DNA of 64,000 nt from Saccostrea cucullata (taxonomy: Eukaryota): the NCBI RefSeq assembly GCF_032062105.1, contig NW_026932784.1, forward strand, positions 124,001 through 188,000. The letters are read 5' to 3'. The position numbers and the translations under genes were made by a program. Shown in pieces: positions 63,831 to 64,000 of the stretch. Within the stretch, counting starts at the first letter, position 1. Every line of letters starts with the position of its first letter. The notes under the pieces are model-generated. The model was not told where the DNA came from, did no database searches, and worked only from the letters and a program-made list of their open reading frames with translations.

Positions 63831-63917
63831 TCTTTTGGTTTGTAGGGATGAGAGCACTGCATCGCAGAACATAAGAAATATTTAGCATGCTCTTGGAAGA
63901 AACAGAGTGTTGGTAAA

Positions 63918-64000
63918 ATGGGTAGGCAAACCCGGGCCGGGGCAAATCAAAAGCCGGGGCAGATCGAGGTTTTTCAAATATCTCCGCTAAAACTCCACCA
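63918..64000 (+). CDS. Possible start of a head-to-head neighbouring gene (MGRQTRAGANQKPGQIEVFQISPLKLH...)
   Basis: aaaATGG context, GC-rich, and open to the window end. An acceptor-like ttttggtttgtag lies near 63844. Confidence 0.35.
   Translation, partial: MGRQTRAGANQKPGQIEVFQISPLKLH

Overview
AT-rich, intron-containing animal DNA, almost certainly an oyster (Ostreidae), judged from Cg170-like ~165-bp repeats inside Helentron/HINE elements and typical oyster SINEs and MITEs. Host genes that I spliced by hand using GT-AG sites and reading-frame phase: (1) the 3' end of a single-pass membrane receptor with Tyr motifs in its tail (+, <1-2624); (2) two divergent paralogues of an uncharacterised, largely low-complexity protein family (-, 5985-15365 and 31215-41510) that share short motifs and an intron position; (3) tRNA-Glu(TTC); (4) two tandem 3-exon CHST11-like carbohydrate sulfotransferases with Asp-rich stems; (5) LSM3, with a possible head-to-head neighbour at the window end. 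Mobile DNA is dense and nested. An 8.17-kb IS3EU-type element (TAT..ATA ends, 32-bp TIR, 6-bp TSD) splits a SINE. It carries phased arrays of AGAGATATCTCT palindromes and decayed convergent cargo genes, including a ghost PHD finger. There is also a Penelope-like retroelement (RT + GIY-YIG) bounded by (TA)n with a minimal hammerhead-ribozyme motif, a mariner relic with several nested layers, and many MITEs. All gene models and TE classes come from reading the sequence only; no database search was run.
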